From: Phycisphaerae bacterium
Lineage (GTDB): Bacteria; Planctomycetota; Phycisphaerae; UBA1845
Assembly: GCA_963666835.2 (NCBI GenBank)
Contig: CAXXGO010000001.1
Location: 1,216,001 to 1,280,000, forward strand
DNA length: 64,000 nt
Direction of reading: 5' to 3'
The notes beneath the pieces were generated by a model. It was not told the DNA's origin and searched no databases. It was given only the letters and a program-made list of their open reading frames with translations. Positions 1 to 10,713 of this stretch are shown here, one piece after another. Numbering within the stretch: the first letter of the stretch is position 1; every line of letters starts with the position of its first letter. Made by a program: the position numbers and the translations under genes.

Positions 1-379
1 GGGTAGCGTTATCGAGAAGGCCCTCGATTGTCTCACTTAGCGTCTGCCACACGCCTCGAGCGGCGCATTGGTCGGCGCGCTCGCACGCTTGGGCATCCGA
101 TACGCAGTGTACCAGCGAGAAGGGACCTTCCATCGCGGTTAGGATGTCGCTAATGCGTATCTGATCGGGAGGGCGGGATAGAATGAAACCGCCGCCCGGA
201 CCCAGCACACTCTTGACCAGCCCGGCCGTCTTCAGGGCCGTCAGCAACGTGTGGAGGTGCTTTCGGGAGAGCCCCTGTCGCTCCGCGATCAACCCCATGA
301 GCAGTGGTCCCTGCCCAAAAGCCCGAGCTAGCTCGGACATGGCCCGCAATCCGTATCGTCCTCTTGTTGAGATCCGCAT
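1..379 (-). CDS. Rrf2-family transcriptional regulator (IscR/CymR-like, 3 Cys), 3' end outside window
   Basis: Not in ORF track. Manual translation from ATG at 379: MRISTRGRYGLRAMSELA...IAERQGLSRKHLHTLLTALKTAGLVKSVLGPGGGFILSRPPDQIRISDILTAMEG...HCVSDAQACERADQC, a typical Rrf2 wHTH with a C-x6-C-x5-C Fe-S ligand pattern. Confidence 0.92.
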   Translation of the reverse strand, partial: MRISTRGRYGLRAMSELARAFGQGPLLMGLIAERQGLSRKHLHTLLTALKTAGLVKSVLGPGGGFILSRPPDQIRISDILTAMEGPFSLVHCVSDAQACERADQCAARGVWQTLSETIEGLLDNAT

Positions 380-391
380 TGACGCCCCCGT

Positions 392-418
392 ATTGGTCTA
401 CTATAACGGTAGACTATT
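392..418. promoter_or_regulatory. Candidate Rrf2 operator (inverted repeat GTCTAC-N7-GTAGAC)
   Basis: Perfect 6-bp arms at 396-401 and 409-414 with AT-rich flanks, just upstream of the rrf2 start; Rrf2 genes are commonly autoregulated through such palindromes. Confidence 0.6.
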
Positions 419-685
419 GTTGAAGCAGGTGGATGTCAAGCCGATCGCCTGGGTAGTCTTCGAGTGTTGCTGGGTATTGGCAACAACGCCGGAGTTTGGC
501 CAACGGAAGATGTCTTGATCCGATGGTGTCGTTGCCCTGCCGGCGTCGAACAGGCCGCCGGTGAGGATACCGCCTCTTGTGCAGAATCTGTTGAGTTCGG
601 CCGTTTTCTGTTTAGGTCGCAAGTAAGGGGAGCCGGAGACCCACATCGGCCGAGCGATAATATCGTTTTTTTTCGCGAAAGGGTA

Positions 686-716
686 TTGACAACGCGAGTA
701 TAATAGTAATAATACC
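686..716 (+). promoter_or_regulatory. Sigma70-type promoter with overlapping candidate PerR box for the oxidative-stress cluster
   Basis: TTGACA at 686-691 and AATAAT at 708-713 (16-bp spacer); AT-rich GTATAATAGTAATAA resembles the Per box TTATAATnATTATAA (3 mismatches); an AT-rich patch in GC-rich DNA. Confidence 0.55.
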
Positions 717-827
717 GAGTAAGTTTATTGTTAAGGCTTACACCTGGAGGTCGGAGTGCTGGACGAGGCAACGGTCGGGCTGGGGCGAGGATGTGCGTGC
801 TAGTCCGAGCGGGCGCCGAACGGTGAC

Positions 828-1292
828 ATGCTGGGGAGGACAGGTGTGAGGAACGTGAGAGTGCAACGCAATTCGCGGCAGCGTGAGGTGGTCTTGGAGG
901 AGCTGAGGGCGGCGAGCTTCCACCCTACGGCGGCGGAGTTGTATGAGCTGGCTCGGGCCCGTTTGCCGAAGATCAGCCTTGGGACGGTGTACCGGAACCT
1001 GGAAGTCCTGGCGGAGAATGGGGTCATCCGGAAGTTGGAGATAGCCGGAGCGGAGGCGCGGTTTGACGGTGATCTGGTGCGGCACCACCACGTTCGTTGT
1101 ATACGCTGCGGGCGAGTGGATGACGTACGCGGCGTCTCGGCGGACTTTGAAAAAGGCGAGGTTTCTGACTTGAGCGGGTACGAGATCCTTGGTTTCCGTC
1201 TGGACTTCGTGGGCGTCTGTCCGGTTTGTGGCGGTGAAGAATGGGCGAATGGAGAAGAAGGAGATTCGCCGCGGGAAGGTGACAAGTTGTGA
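828..1292 (+). CDS. perR: Fur-family peroxide-responsive repressor (PerR-type); start may be a downstream GTG
   Basis: HPTA, SLGTVYRNL, RFD, HHH-x2-CxxC, Asp at the PerR D104 position (CGRVDD), C-terminal CxxC. Confidence 0.85.
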   Translation: MLGRTGVRNVRVQRNSRQREVVLEELRAASFHPTAAELYELARARLPKISLGTVYRNLEVLAENGVIRKLEIAGAEARFDGDLVRHHHVRCIRCGRVDDVRGVSADFEKGEVSDLSGYEILGFRLDFVGVCPVCGGEEWANGEEGDSPREGDKL

Positions 1293-1369
1293 CGCTCGGA
1301 TCATCGGCTGCGATTACGACGCGCAGGGTTCGAGTGCCGCAAAGGCTTTAAAGAAATGGAGAGGCAAAC

Positions 1370-1882
1370 GTGATGAATCCCAAGATAGAGAGTGCTTTCA
1401 ACGAGCAGCTTAATGCGGAGTTGTTTTCGTCTTACCTGTATCTGTCGATGGCCGCACAGTTCGAGTCGCAGAATCTCAAGGGTATGGCCCGGTGGATGCG
1501 AATGCAGGCGATCGAGGAGCACATGCACGGCATGAAGTTCTTCGACTTTATTAACGAGCGGGGCGGCAGAGTCACCCTGGCCAAGATCAAAGAGCCGAGG
1601 ACGGAATGGAGTTCACCGCTCCAGGTTTTCGAAGACACTTGCGACCATGAACGCAAAGTCACTGAGATGATTAACGGCCTCGTAGATCTTGCGATCAAGG
1701 AGAAGGACCACGCGGCGAATGCATTTCTCCAGTGGTTCGTGACGGAGCAGGTTGAAGAGGAAGCCAGTGCCCAGGAGATCCGGGACAAGCTCCGGATGAT
1801 CGGCGATAACCCGGGGGCGACGTTCATGATGGATCGCGAGATGGGTGGACGCGCGGCGCCGGCAACAAGTCAAGAAGCCTGA
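1370..1882 (+). CDS. ftnA: Non-heme ferritin
   Basis: QLNAELFSSYLYLSM, EEHMHGMKF, FLQWFVTEQVEEE ferroxidase motifs. Confidence 0.95.
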   Translation: MMNPKIESAFNEQLNAELFSSYLYLSMAAQFESQNLKGMARWMRMQAIEEHMHGMKFFDFINERGGRVTLAKIKEPRTEWSSPLQVFEDTCDHERKVTEMINGLVDLAIKEKDHAANAFLQWFVTEQVEEEASAQEIRDKLRMIGDNPGATFMMDREMGGRAAPATSQEA

Positions 1883-2036
1883 TCCCTGTAGTGTCTGTGG
1901 GTGTTAAGCGGGTGAAGCGGTGGCCCGCGGGCAGACGGAGACGGATTCCGGGACAGGCGGCGGAGCTTGATGCAACTTGCTCGAGATCCGACTCCAGGCG
2001 CGAACCGTTGTGACACAACGACAAGGAGATGTCGAG

Positions 2037-2369
2037 ATGAAGAAATGGAGATGTATATGCGGCTACATTCACGATGGAGAGGAGCCGCCGGCGCAGTGCC
2101 CCAAGTGTGGGGCTGTCGCGGAGAAGTTCACGGCCTTGGACGAGACGGCTGCGAATCTGGTCGAACGGTCCCGACGCACTAACTCCCTTCATTGCCGACT
2201 CGTGGATCTCGGTCGCAAAATCGAGCGGGTCTGCAAAGATGGTATTGAAGACAATCTGGATCCCGGTTGCGTGGATGTGTTCCAGAAGGCTCTGGCGCAA
2301 AGCTATGAGATCATGAAGCTCTCTATGACGGAGATTCAGGGGCACATTGCCAAGGGGAAGTGGGGTTAA
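2037..2369 (+). CDS. Small rubredoxin-like domain protein with C-terminal helical domain
   Basis: MKKWRCICGYIHDGEEPPAQCPKCGA (rubrerythrin-type rubredoxin knuckles) plus a helical tail ending GHIAKGKWG; SD AAGGAG before ATG 2037. Confidence 0.8.
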   Translation: MKKWRCICGYIHDGEEPPAQCPKCGAVAEKFTALDETAANLVERSRRTNSLHCRLVDLGRKIERVCKDGIEDNLDPGCVDVFQKALAQSYEIMKLSMTEIQGHIAKGKWG

Positions 2370-2476
2370 GTGAGCGTGCGAAGGTCATAAGTGCAAAGTT
2401 AGGGGTTTACAGCCACAAGATGCGGGTAGTCACTGTGTGATTGCTCAACTTGAGGATTAAAAGGAAGCGAAGGATT

Positions 2477-3067
2477 ATGTTAGCTCTGGTAACCAGGGAA
2501 GCCCCGGATTTCACGGCCCAGGCTGTCGTGGCGGGTAACGATTTCTGTGAAGTGAAGCTCTCGGAGCTTCGGGGTAAGTATGTGGTTCTGTTCTTCTATC
2601 CGTTGGACTTCACTTTTGTGTGCCCCTCGGAGATCATCGCGTTCGACACCGCTTTGGATAAGTTCAGGGAGAGGAATGCGGAGGTGGTCGGAGTATCGGT
2701 GGATTCGCATTTCACGCATCTGGCGTGGAAGAACACGCCGCGCGAGAAGGGCGGAATCGGGGATGTCCGGTTCCCGTTGGTGGCTGACATAACTAAGGAA
2801 ATCGCCCGATCGTATGGGGTGCTCCTTGATGACTCGGTGGCGTTACGCGGACTGTTTCTGATTGACAAGGACGGGATCATCCGGCACGCCCTGGTCAATG
2901 ATCTTCCGCTGGGGCGAAATGTTGACGAGGCGCTGCGCGTGCTGGATGCCCTGAGCTTCACGGAAAAGCACGGCGAGGTGTGTCCCGCAAACTGGCGGCA
3001 GGGCGAGGAAGCCATGAAACCGACAGCCGAGGGCGTGGCCGCGTATCTGGCCAAGCGCGCCGGGTGA
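2477..3067 (+). CDS. ahpC: Typical 2-Cys peroxiredoxin (AhpC/TSA)
   Basis: [14 protein letters not shown] and GEVCPANW motifs. Confidence 0.95.
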   Translation: MLALVTREAPDFTAQAVVAGNDFCEVKLSELRGKYVVLFFYPLDFTFVCPSEIIAFDTALDKFRERNAEVVGVSVDSHFTHLAWKNTPREKGGIGDVRFPLVADITKEIARSYGVLLDDSVALRGLFLIDKDGIIRHALVNDLPLGRNVDEALRVLDALSFTEKHGEVCPANWRQGEEAMKPTAEGVAAYLAKRAG

Positions 3068-3334
3068 TTTCTGCGGGGGAGCGAATGGGCTCCGAGGTGT
3101 TTCGGATAAGATCGGCGTCTTTGCCAAGTGACGGTTCCGTTCGCGGGGCGTAGACTAAGCACCGTGGGGCGCGAGTGCGATTCGGAAGCGTGGTTCGCGG
3201 ATGCGAAGCAAGTGGACGATCGTTAGTGAGCGCCGGAGAGAAGGTCGGCCCGGGGTCCCGCGTCATAAGCGGAACTTGTGAGGGGGCGGGGATCTCCGGG
3301 CCGTTGGTTCTTGGAATAACAGAAGGAGCACTGG

Positions 3335-3787
3335 ATGGACCTGGGAACTGTCGACGACATTCTGGATTATGCGATCGCGGCCGAGGAGAACGCGGCCAAT
3401 TTCTATACCGACCTGGCGGGCCGAGCGCGGCAAGAGAACATGAAGAAGGTCTTTCTCAAGTTTGCGGATGAGGAGAAGGCCCACAAGGCGAAGCTGCTGA
3501 CGGTTAAAGGCGGTAAGCAACTGCTGTCGGCGCAGGAACGAGTTCGAGACCTGAAGATCGGAGATCATCTGGAGGACATCAAGCTATCCGGAGATCTCGA
3601 TTATCAGGATGCCCTCATCGTGGCCATGAAGGCCGAGAAGAACGCGTTTCGAATGTACCAGGACTTGGCGTCCGCTACGGATGATCCGAATCTCAAAGAG
3701 ATGCTGCTGGGCTTGGCCCAGGAGGAAGCTAAGCACAAGCTGCGGTTCGAGATCGAATACGATGACCACGTTCTGAAGGAGAACTGA
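3335..3787 (+). CDS. Rubrerythrin-like diiron ferritin-fold protein lacking a rubredoxin domain
   Basis: Duplicated E...ExxH motifs (AEENA...DEEKAH; AEKNA...QEEAKH). Confidence 0.88.
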   Translation: MDLGTVDDILDYAIAAEENAANFYTDLAGRARQENMKKVFLKFADEEKAHKAKLLTVKGGKQLLSAQERVRDLKIGDHLEDIKLSGDLDYQDALIVAMKAEKNAFRMYQDLASATDDPNLKEMLLGLAQEEAKHKLRFEIEYDDHVLKEN

Positions 3788-3946
3788 CGTCGCGGTTCTC
3801 GGCGACTTGATGGGTGAGGGCGGTGGTGATGTGTTAGGGGGCCGACGGTGGTTTGGCCCCGGCGATTCTTGCGATGATGGCCGGTAGTCTTGGCGGTCGA
3901 CGCCGACGTTCTGGGCGGGGACCGGGTGACGAAAGGCGGCGAGCCC

Positions 3947-6118
3947 ATGCGAACTACAACTGACATCCAAGTTGCGATTGGTGGTGAGTCAGGGGCGCCC
4001 GCCTTCACGAATCATCTTGCCGGTGAGACCAGTCCGTATCTATTGCAGCACGCTCGCAATCCGGTGGAGTGGTACCCGTGGGGTGAGGAGGCCTTGGGAC
4101 TCGCCAAGGCGGAGAACAAGCCTATCTTCCTGTCGATCGGTTATTCCGCCTGTCACTGGTGTCATGTCATGGAGCGGGAGTCGTTTGAGGATCGCGAGGT
4201 TGCGGCGATCCTGCGCGCGAACTTCATTGCGGTGAAGGTTGATCGCGAGGAGCGGCCCGACCTGGATGAGATCTATATGACGGCTGTGCAGTTAATGACG
4301 GGCAACGGTGGCTGGCCGCTCAACGTGTTCCTCACCCCTGACCTGAAACCGTTTTATGGCGGGACGTACTTCCCGCCCGAGGACCGCTACGGTCGGCCCG
4401 GCTTCGGTAAACTCTTGGAGCACGTTGCGCAGACGTGGGCGGAGAATGCCAAGAGCGTTCAGCGCAGTGCCGACGAGCTGACCCGTGCGATAAGGGATAC
4501 GGTGGCACGGAGCACTGGTTCGTTAGGATCGCTTGACGCATCGCTTCCGGGACAGGCAGCGCGGGAGCTCGAGCAGGACTTCGATCAAGAGTGGGGCGGC
4601 TTCGATCGGGCTCCGAAGTTCCCGCCGAGCGGGGCGATTGGGGTGTTGCTGCGGCAGCACGCGCATACCGGTGACGAGAAGTTGCTCGAAATGGCCACGA
4701 CGACTCTTGATCGGATGGCCTACGGCGGAATGTATGACCAGCTCGGCGGGGGATTCCACCGTTACTCGACGGACGGTAAGTGGCTCGTGCCTCATTTCGA
4801 GAAAATGCTCTACGATAATGCCCTTATCGCTCGGGTGTATCTGGAAGCATGGCAGGTAACGCGGAAGGCGCTCTATCGGCGAGTTGCCACGGAGATTCTC
4901 GACTATGTTCTCAGAGACATGAGCGACCCGAGCGGCGGTTTTCATTCCTCCGAGGATGCGGATAGCGAAGGCGAAGAAGGCAAGTTCTACGTGTGGACGG
5001 CGGACGAGATCAAAGATGTTCTCGGCAATGAGGCAGGGGCGGTTTTCTGCGAGTACTACGGGGTGACCGACGCGGGCAACTTCGAGGGCCGCAGCATCCT
5101 TCACGTGCCGTGGGATTCTGCCGAGTTTGCCCGGCGCAAAGGCTTGCCGACGAACGAACTCGAAGAGCGGTTAGGGTTGCTTCGAGGCGAGCTGCGCAAG
5201 GCACGAAGCAAGCGAGTGCGCCCGGGCAAGGACGATAAGGTCATTGCCGCGTGGAACGGCATGATGATCTCCGCTTTGGCCCGTGGGTATCAGGTGCTGG
5301 GCGAGGAGCGCTTTCTGAAAGCGGCGATCGGGGCTGCGGACTTCGTTTTGACGGAGATGGTCCGCGAAGGCGGCTTGTTGCGCACGTACCGGGTCAACGG
5401 TGACGGCAAGCTGCCGGCCTATCTCGATGACTACGCCGAAGTGGCGGGAGGGCTGATCGACCTTTACGAGGCGACGTTCGACTTGCGTTGGCTTGATGCG
5501 GCAGACCGGCTGGCCGGCAGGATGTCGGCGGACTTCTGGGATGAAGAGGACGGTGGGTTCTTCTTCACATCCGCAGACCACAAGAACCTGTTGGCGCGGA
5601 CGAAGCCGGTCCACGATGGGGCGGTGCCGTCGGGCAACTCTACGGCAGCGCTGGTGCTTCTTAGGCTGTCGGTGCTTCTTGGGAACGACGAGTATCTTCG
5701 TAAGGCGGACGCGATTGTGGGGATCGCCCAGCCGTTGATGTTGGCTCAGCCGCGGGGATACCTCAACATGTTGTGGGCGGTCGATTTTGTGCTTTCTCCC
5801 ACGTGTGAAATCGCGATCACCGGCCGGCGGTGCAGTGATGACACTCGGCGGCTACTTAAGGTCGTTCACAGCCGGTTCATTCCCAACAAGGTGCTGGCTT
5901 TGGTTGAGCCGGGGGCGTCCGATTCTGCGGCGATCGCGGAACGGGTTCCTCTGCTTCGGCGTAAGGCGATGATCTCGGAGAAGGCGACGGTCTATGTGTG
6001 CCGGAATCGCGACTGCCAAACGCCGGTCAATGACGAAGCGTCGCTGCTGAAGGTCCTGAGCGAACCGGGGTCGGCACCGAACACGATGGACCGGCGAACC
6101 GGCGGAGGGCGGGACTGA
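3947..6118 (+). CDS. YyaL/SSP411 (DUF255) thioredoxin-domain protein with six-hairpin glycosidase-like fold
   Basis: [63 protein letters not shown]. Confidence 0.93.
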   Translation: MRTTTDIQVAIGGESGAPAFTNHLAGETSPYLLQHARNPVEWYPWGEEALGLAKAENKPIFLSIGYSACHWCHVMERESFEDREVAAILRANFIAVKVDREERPDLDEIYMTAVQLMTGNGGWPLNVFLTPDLKPFYGGTYFPPEDRYGRPGFGKLLEHVAQTWAENAKSVQRSADELTRAIRDTVARSTGSLGSLDASLPGQAARELEQDFDQEWGGFDRAPKFPPSGAIGVLLRQHAHTGDEKLLEMATTTLDRMAYGGMYDQLGGGFHRYSTDGKWLVPHFEKMLYDNALIARVYLEAWQVTRKALYRRVATEILDYVLRDMSDPSGGFHSSEDADSEGEEGKFYVWTADEIKDVLGNEAGAVFCEYYGVTDAGNFEGRSILHVPWDSAEFARRKGLPTNELEERLGLLRGELRKARSKRVRPGKDDKVIAAWNGMMISALARGYQVLGEERFLKAAIGAADFVLTEMVREGGLLRTYRVNGDGKLPAYLDDYAEVAGGLIDLYEATFDLRWLDAADRLAGRMSADFWDEEDGGFFFTSADHKNLLARTKPVHDGAVPSGNSTAALVLLRLSVLLGNDEYLRKADAIVGIAQPLMLAQPRGYLNMLWAVDFVLSPTCEIAITGRRCSDDTRRLLKVVHSRFIPNKVLALVEPGASDSAAIAERVPLLRRKAMISEKATVYVCRNRDCQTPVNDEASLLKVLSEPGSAPNTMDRRTGGGRD

Positions 6119-6324
6119 TGGACTTGGACATGACCCGGTACGCGTGTACAGTCTGCTCCTACGGATATCACCCGATGAAAGGTGATCCCGAAAACGGTAT
6201 TCCGCCGGGGCGTCCCTTTGCGAGCCTGCCGGATGACTGGCGGTGCCCGTGGTGCGGAGCTTCCAAGGACCACTTCATTCCGGAAGAGGGAGAGCAAGAC
6301 CATACAGGTGGAGCGAGTCTGTGA
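6118..6324 (+). CDS. Rubredoxin
   Basis: CTVC...[22 protein letters not shown]; overlaps the yyaL stop (TGATG) and the fprA start (GTGA). Confidence 0.9.
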   Translation: MDLDMTRYACTVCSYGYHPMKGDPENGIPPGRPFASLPDDWRCPWCGASKDHFIPEEGEQDHTGGASL

Positions 6325-7544
6325 ATACGACTTTGTGCGAGAACATTGACTGGGTCGGGTGTGTGGATTGGACGGTCCGTGATTTTCACGGTTACAGCAC
6401 TGATCGCGGTGCCACCTACAATGCATTCTTGATTCGCGATGAGAAAAACGCTCTCATAGACACGGTCAAAGAACCGTTTGCGGATCAGCTTCTGCAGAAT
6501 GTTGCGGCTTTGACGGATCTTGCGAGTGTAGAGTACGTGGTTTGCAACCATGCCGAGCCCGATCATTCCGGAGGAATGGGACGGGTCATGGCGATGCTCC
6601 CGCAGGCTACCCTCGTCTGCGATAAGAAATGTCTGGCGATTCTGGGGCATCATCACGACGTTTCTGGATGGAAGACCCGGATTGTTGCCACGGGTGATAC
6701 GCTTTCCCTGGGCAAACGCTCGCTGCAGTTCATCGAGACCCCGATGGTTCACTGGCCGGAGTCGATGTTCACGTATGTTCCCGAAGAGAAACTGCTTTTC
6801 TCGATGGATGCCTTCGGGCAGCACTATGCCAGTTCGCAACGGTTTGATGATGAGGTACCGTTGTGTACGGTCATGGATGAGGCTAAGACCTATTACGCCA
6901 ACATCGTAATGCCGTTTGCCAAGCCGGTGGCCGCGATCCTGGATCGGGCGGCCGAGCTTGAGATCGATATGATTGCCCCTAGTCACGGAGTGATCTGGCG
7001 CCGGCACATTCCAGAGATTCTCGAGGCGTACCGGAATTGGTCGCAGGGGCGGCCCAAGCCGAAAGTGCTGGTTATCTACGACACGATGTGGGACAGCACC
7101 GGGGAGATGGCTCGAGCGATTCACGAAGGTGCGTCGCAAGCAGGAGTGGCGGCGGGACTTATCAACGTGCGAACGTCCAATCTGACGCAAATCGCCACCG
7201 AGACTCTCGACGCGGCCTGCATAGCGTTCGGTTCGTCGACGCTCAACCAGGGAGTGCTTCCGATGGCAGGGGCGGTATTGACCTACTTGAAGGGGTTGAA
7301 GCCGGTCAATAAGGTGGCCGTGGCGTTTGGTTCCTATGGTTGGAGCAAGGGCGGGGCGGAAGCGGTGGATGAAGATATGAAGGCCATGAAATGGGATGTT
7401 CTGCGCGAGCCGATCAGGGCTTTGTATCGGCCGACCGCGGAAGTTCTGGATGAATGCCGCGCGGCGGGGAAGATTCTGGCGGAGAAGGCAAAAGAGATGG
7501 CGTGCGATCGGAAGGCGAACGGGAGAGTGTGTGTAGATCCGTAA
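6321..7544 (+). CDS. fprA: Flavodiiron protein (FprA/ROO; O2 or NO reductase)
   Basis: [28 protein letters not shown] and a flavodoxin domain ([16 protein letters not shown]); likely start GTG 6321. Confidence 0.94.
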   Translation: MNTTLCENIDWVGCVDWTVRDFHGYSTDRGATYNAFLIRDEKNALIDTVKEPFADQLLQNVAALTDLASVEYVVCNHAEPDHSGGMGRVMAMLPQATLVCDKKCLAILGHHHDVSGWKTRIVATGDTLSLGKRSLQFIETPMVHWPESMFTYVPEEKLLFSMDAFGQHYASSQRFDDEVPLCTVMDEAKTYYANIVMPFAKPVAAILDRAAELEIDMIAPSHGVIWRRHIPEILEAYRNWSQGRPKPKVLVIYDTMWDSTGEMARAIHEGASQAGVAAGLINVRTSNLTQIATETLDAACIAFGSSTLNQGVLPMAGAVLTYLKGLKPVNKVAVAFGSYGWSKGGAEAVDEDMKAMKWDVLREPIRALYRPTAEVLDECRAAGKILAEKAKEMACDRKANGRVCVDP

Positions 7545-7608
7545 GGACCCGGCTTGCGCGGTTCAACGGATGGGTGCGGGCCGGCCCGGACGAATAGGGG
7601 ACTGCGGC

Positions 7609-8166
7609 GTGAGTTGGTTGAGTCTTCTTGGGATTGCGGTTGCCTTGGCGATGGACGCGTTTGCCGTGTCGATCGCGGCCGGGCTCGCGATTGAGAACGT
7701 AACGCCTCGGCACGTGTTTCGGATAGCTTTTCATTTTGGACTCTTTCAGGCTTTGATGCCGATTGTCGGCTGGCTGGGCGGGTCGACTGTTTCTGCACAG
7801 GTTATTGCGTATGGCCATTGGCTGGCCTTTGCCTTGCTCGGCCTTATCGGTGGGAAGATGTTTTACGATGCCCGCTCCGCGGCAGATGGGCGGGCGAGTA
7901 TGGACCCGAGTAGGGGTTGGATGCTTGTAGCATTGTCGTTTGCCACGAGTATTGATGCATTGGTTGTGGGTCTGAGTATGGCGTTTCTGCAAGTGACGAT
8001 CTGGTTGCCCTGTGTGGTCATTGGGGTTGTGGCTGCTCTTTTTAGCGTGGTAGGGATTATTTTTTCAGGTGGGATCCCACGCCGTTGGAGTAGGGTCGCT
8101 AATCTGATCGGCGGGTGCATCCTGATCCTGGTTGGCGTTAAGATTGTGGTTGTGCAACAGGCCTGA
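7609..8166 (+). CDS. mntP: Manganese efflux pump MntP family
   Basis: [29 protein letters not shown] motifs. Confidence 0.9.
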   Translation: MSWLSLLGIAVALAMDAFAVSIAAGLAIENVTPRHVFRIAFHFGLFQALMPIVGWLGGSTVSAQVIAYGHWLAFALLGLIGGKMFYDARSAADGRASMDPSRGWMLVALSFATSIDALVVGLSMAFLQVTIWLPCVVIGVVAALFSVVGIIFSGGIPRRWSRVANLIGGCILILVGVKIVVVQQA

Positions 8167-8263
8167 TGTGTCGGGGCGTTTGTTGAAGGGGTGTCGCAGG
8201 AGACGCCGGGATATCAGAACGGTTCAGAAGCTACTGTATTGCAATAATGGGAGAACAGAGAAG

Positions 8264-8425
8264 ATGAAGAAGTACGAATGTGACGCATGTGGATACATTT
8301 ATGACCCGGAAAAAGGTGATCCTGACGGCGGCATCGCGCCGGGGACGGCGTTTGAGGATATTCCGGAAGACTGGGTTTGCCCGGTATGCGGGTTGGGTAA
8401 GGACAGTTTCTCGGTGAAGGAATAG
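8264..8425 (+). CDS. Rubredoxin
   Basis: [43 protein letters not shown], canonical 53-aa rubredoxin. Confidence 0.95.
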   Translation: MKKYECDACGYIYDPEKGDPDGGIAPGTAFEDIPEDWVCPVCGLGKDSFSVKE

Positions 8426-8475
8426 CCCGGTAGGGGGTGACCCGTGGGTCTTTAGGCCGGTTTCGGCGGTGCGCT

Positions 8476-9300
8476 ATGAACGATTGGCTGATTGAGTTTT
8501 TCGAGCAATACCATCCGGTTACGCAGGCGCTGATTGCCACGCTGTTCACGTGGTTTGTGACTGCGGCCGGAGCGTCGCCGGTGCTATTCGCCAGGCGTGT
8601 CAACCAGAAGATGATGGACGGGATGCTGGGCCTGGCGGCGGGTGTGATGATCGCCGCCAGCTTCTGGTCGCTGCTCGCCCCGGCGATCGAGATGTCGGGC
8701 GGAGATTGGAAACCGGCCACGATCGGTTTTCTCGCCGGCGGCTTCTTCCTTTACATTATTGACAAGATCCTGCCGCACCTTCACCTCGGGCTGGAGACTG
8801 TCGAGGCGGAGGGCATCAAGACTTCCTGGCACCGCAGTACCTTGCTGGTATTGGCTATTACCCTGCACAATATTCCCGAAGGGCTGGCGGTTGGAGTTGT
8901 CTTCGGGGCAGTGGCGCAGGCGGCCGATGCGGCCGCCGCCCGGGAAATGATGTTGGGCGGGATCGCGCTGGCTATCGGGATCGGCTTGCAGAACTTCCCC
9001 GAGGGTCTGGCCGTGGCTATGCCGCTGCGTCGAGAGGGCATGGGACGTTTCAAAGCGTTTATGTTCGGGCAGTCGTCGGGGGTGGTGGAACCCATGGCCG
9101 GCGTGCTGGGGGCGTGGGCGGTGATGAGCATGACGTCTTTGCTGCCGTACGGTTTGGCGTTTGCGGCCGGAGCGATGATTTTCGTAGTCGTTGAGGAGCT
9201 GATCCCCGAATCTCAACGAGACGGCTTCAGCGATTTCGCCACGGCCGGGGCTATGATCGGTTTTGCAATCATGATGACGCTTGATGTTGGGTTGGCGTAG
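8476..9300 (+). CDS. ZIP-family (GufA/ZupT) divalent metal transporter
   Basis: AITLHNIPEGLAVG and IGLQNFPEG transmembrane motifs. Confidence 0.93.
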   Translation: MNDWLIEFFEQYHPVTQALIATLFTWFVTAAGASPVLFARRVNQKMMDGMLGLAAGVMIAASFWSLLAPAIEMSGGDWKPATIGFLAGGFFLYIIDKILPHLHLGLETVEAEGIKTSWHRSTLLVLAITLHNIPEGLAVGVVFGAVAQAADAAAAREMMLGGIALAIGIGLQNFPEGLAVAMPLRREGMGRFKAFMFGQSSGVVEPMAGVLGAWAVMSMTSLLPYGLAFAAGAMIFVVVEELIPESQRDGFSDFATAGAMIGFAIMMTLDVGLA

Positions 9301-9336
9301 AAACGAATGCGGACATGTTGAATAGGAAACCGTGAC

Positions 9337-10713
9337 ATGGAACTGGACCCGCTATTTCTGTCTCGTTTGCAATTTGCCCTGACCGTAGGGTTTCACTTCC
9401 TGTTCCCGCCGCTGTCGATTGGGCTGGCTTGGCTGGTCGTCATTATGGAATGGCGCGGGTGGAAACGGGGCGATGAGGACTACGTCCGAGCGGGCAAGTT
9501 CTTCGGTAAGATCCTGGGTCTGACGTTTGCGGTCGGAGTCGCCACGGGGATCGTAATGGAGTTTCAGTTCGGTACGAACTGGGCTCAATACTCGAAGTTC
9601 GTCGGCGATATCTTTGGTGCGCCTTTGGCGGCCGAAGCCATCTTTGCGTTCTTTCTGGAATCGACGTTTCTAGGTTTGTATCTGTTCGGGCGTAATAGGG
9701 TCTCGAAGCAAGTACATTGGTTCTCTGCTTTGATGGTGGCGGTTGGTTCCACCTTGTCGGCGTTCTGGATCATTGTAGCCAACGCCTGGCAACAGACGCC
9801 GGCCGGGTTTGAGATCCGCAACGGCCGGGCGGAGCTGACCAGTTTTGCGGACGCTGTGTTCAACGCGTCCACGTGGCCGCGGTTCTTGCACACGTTTGAT
9901 GCGTGTCTGATCGCCGGGGCGTTTCTGGTGGCCGGTATCTCGGCGTACCTGGTGGTGAAGAACAACGGGGCGAAGGTCGCTCGTAGATCGCTGAGGCTCT
10001 CACTTATCTTCGGGCTGGTGGTGTCGTTGCTGGCGCTGTTTCCGACGGGGGATTGGCATGCCAAGCAGGTGGCCCGTACGCAGCCGGAGAAGTTCGCGGC
10101 CATGGAGGGGTTGATCGATGGTCAGAAGCGCGCTCCGCTGGCGGTGTTTGGGATACCGGTCGAAGAACCTCCGGAAATGAAGATGAAGATCGGAGTCCCC
10201 GGGGTGTTAAGCCTGATGGCGTTCGGCGACATGGACGCTTTCGTGCCCGGCATAAACGATCTGAGAGCTGAGGGTCATTCGACGCCGCCGTTTATAGCGA
10301 CGTTTGTGTCGTTTCACACGATGGTAGGTCTTGGAACGCTGTTTATTCTGGTGTTTCTGCTGGGTGTGTTTCTGCTATATCGCAAGAAGCTGTTCGAGAC
10401 GCGCTGGTACTTGAAACTGCTTCCGTTGATGATCCCGCTTCCGTTGATCGCCTGTGAGTTCGGGTGGATTGTCGCGGAGGTCGGGCGGCAGCCGTGGGTG
10501 GTGTATCGCGTGCTCAAGACACAGGATGCTTACTCTGCCAACGTAACCGGCGGCGAGGTGCTCTTCTCGATCATCATGTTCGGCGTGGTCTATGCCCTGC
10601 TCGGCGTCCTGTACATCTACACCCTGGCGAAGATTGTCAAGCGCGGGCCCAATCCGCTCGAGCCCGCTCCGGCGGATGGAGGACCAACGCCGAGCGCAAA
10701 GGAGGCACACTAA
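9337..10713 (+). CDS. cydA: Cytochrome bd ubiquinol oxidase subunit I
   Basis: RLQFALTVGFHFLF, EFQFGTNW, QPEKFAAMEG, EVGRQPWVV. Confidence 0.96.
   Translation: MELDPLFLSRLQFALTVGFHFLFPPLSIGLAWLVVIMEWRGWKRGDEDYVRAGKFFGKILGLTFAVGVATGIVMEFQFGTNWAQYSKFVGDIFGAPLAAEAIFAFFLESTFLGLYLFGRNRVSKQVHWFSALMVAVGSTLSAFWIIVANAWQQTPAGFEIRNGRAELTSFADAVFNASTWPRFLHTFDACLIAGAFLVAGISAYLVVKNNGAKVARRSLRLSLIFGLVVSLLALFPTGDWHAKQVARTQPEKFAAMEGLIDGQKRAPLAVFGIPVEEPPEMKMKIGVPGVLSLMAFGDMDAFVPGINDLRAEGHSTPPFIATFVSFHTMVGLGTLFILVFLLGVFLLYRKKLFETRWYLKLLPLMIPLPLIACEFGWIVAEVGRQPWVVYRVLKTQDAYSANVTGGEVLFSIIMFGVVYALLGVLYIYTLAKIVKRGPNPLEPAPADGGPTPSAKEAH

Noticed and set aside
7545..7608. Possible yybP-ykoY Mn riboswitch upstream of mntP
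   Set aside because: The spacer is only about 64 bp and lacks the conserved motifs I would expect
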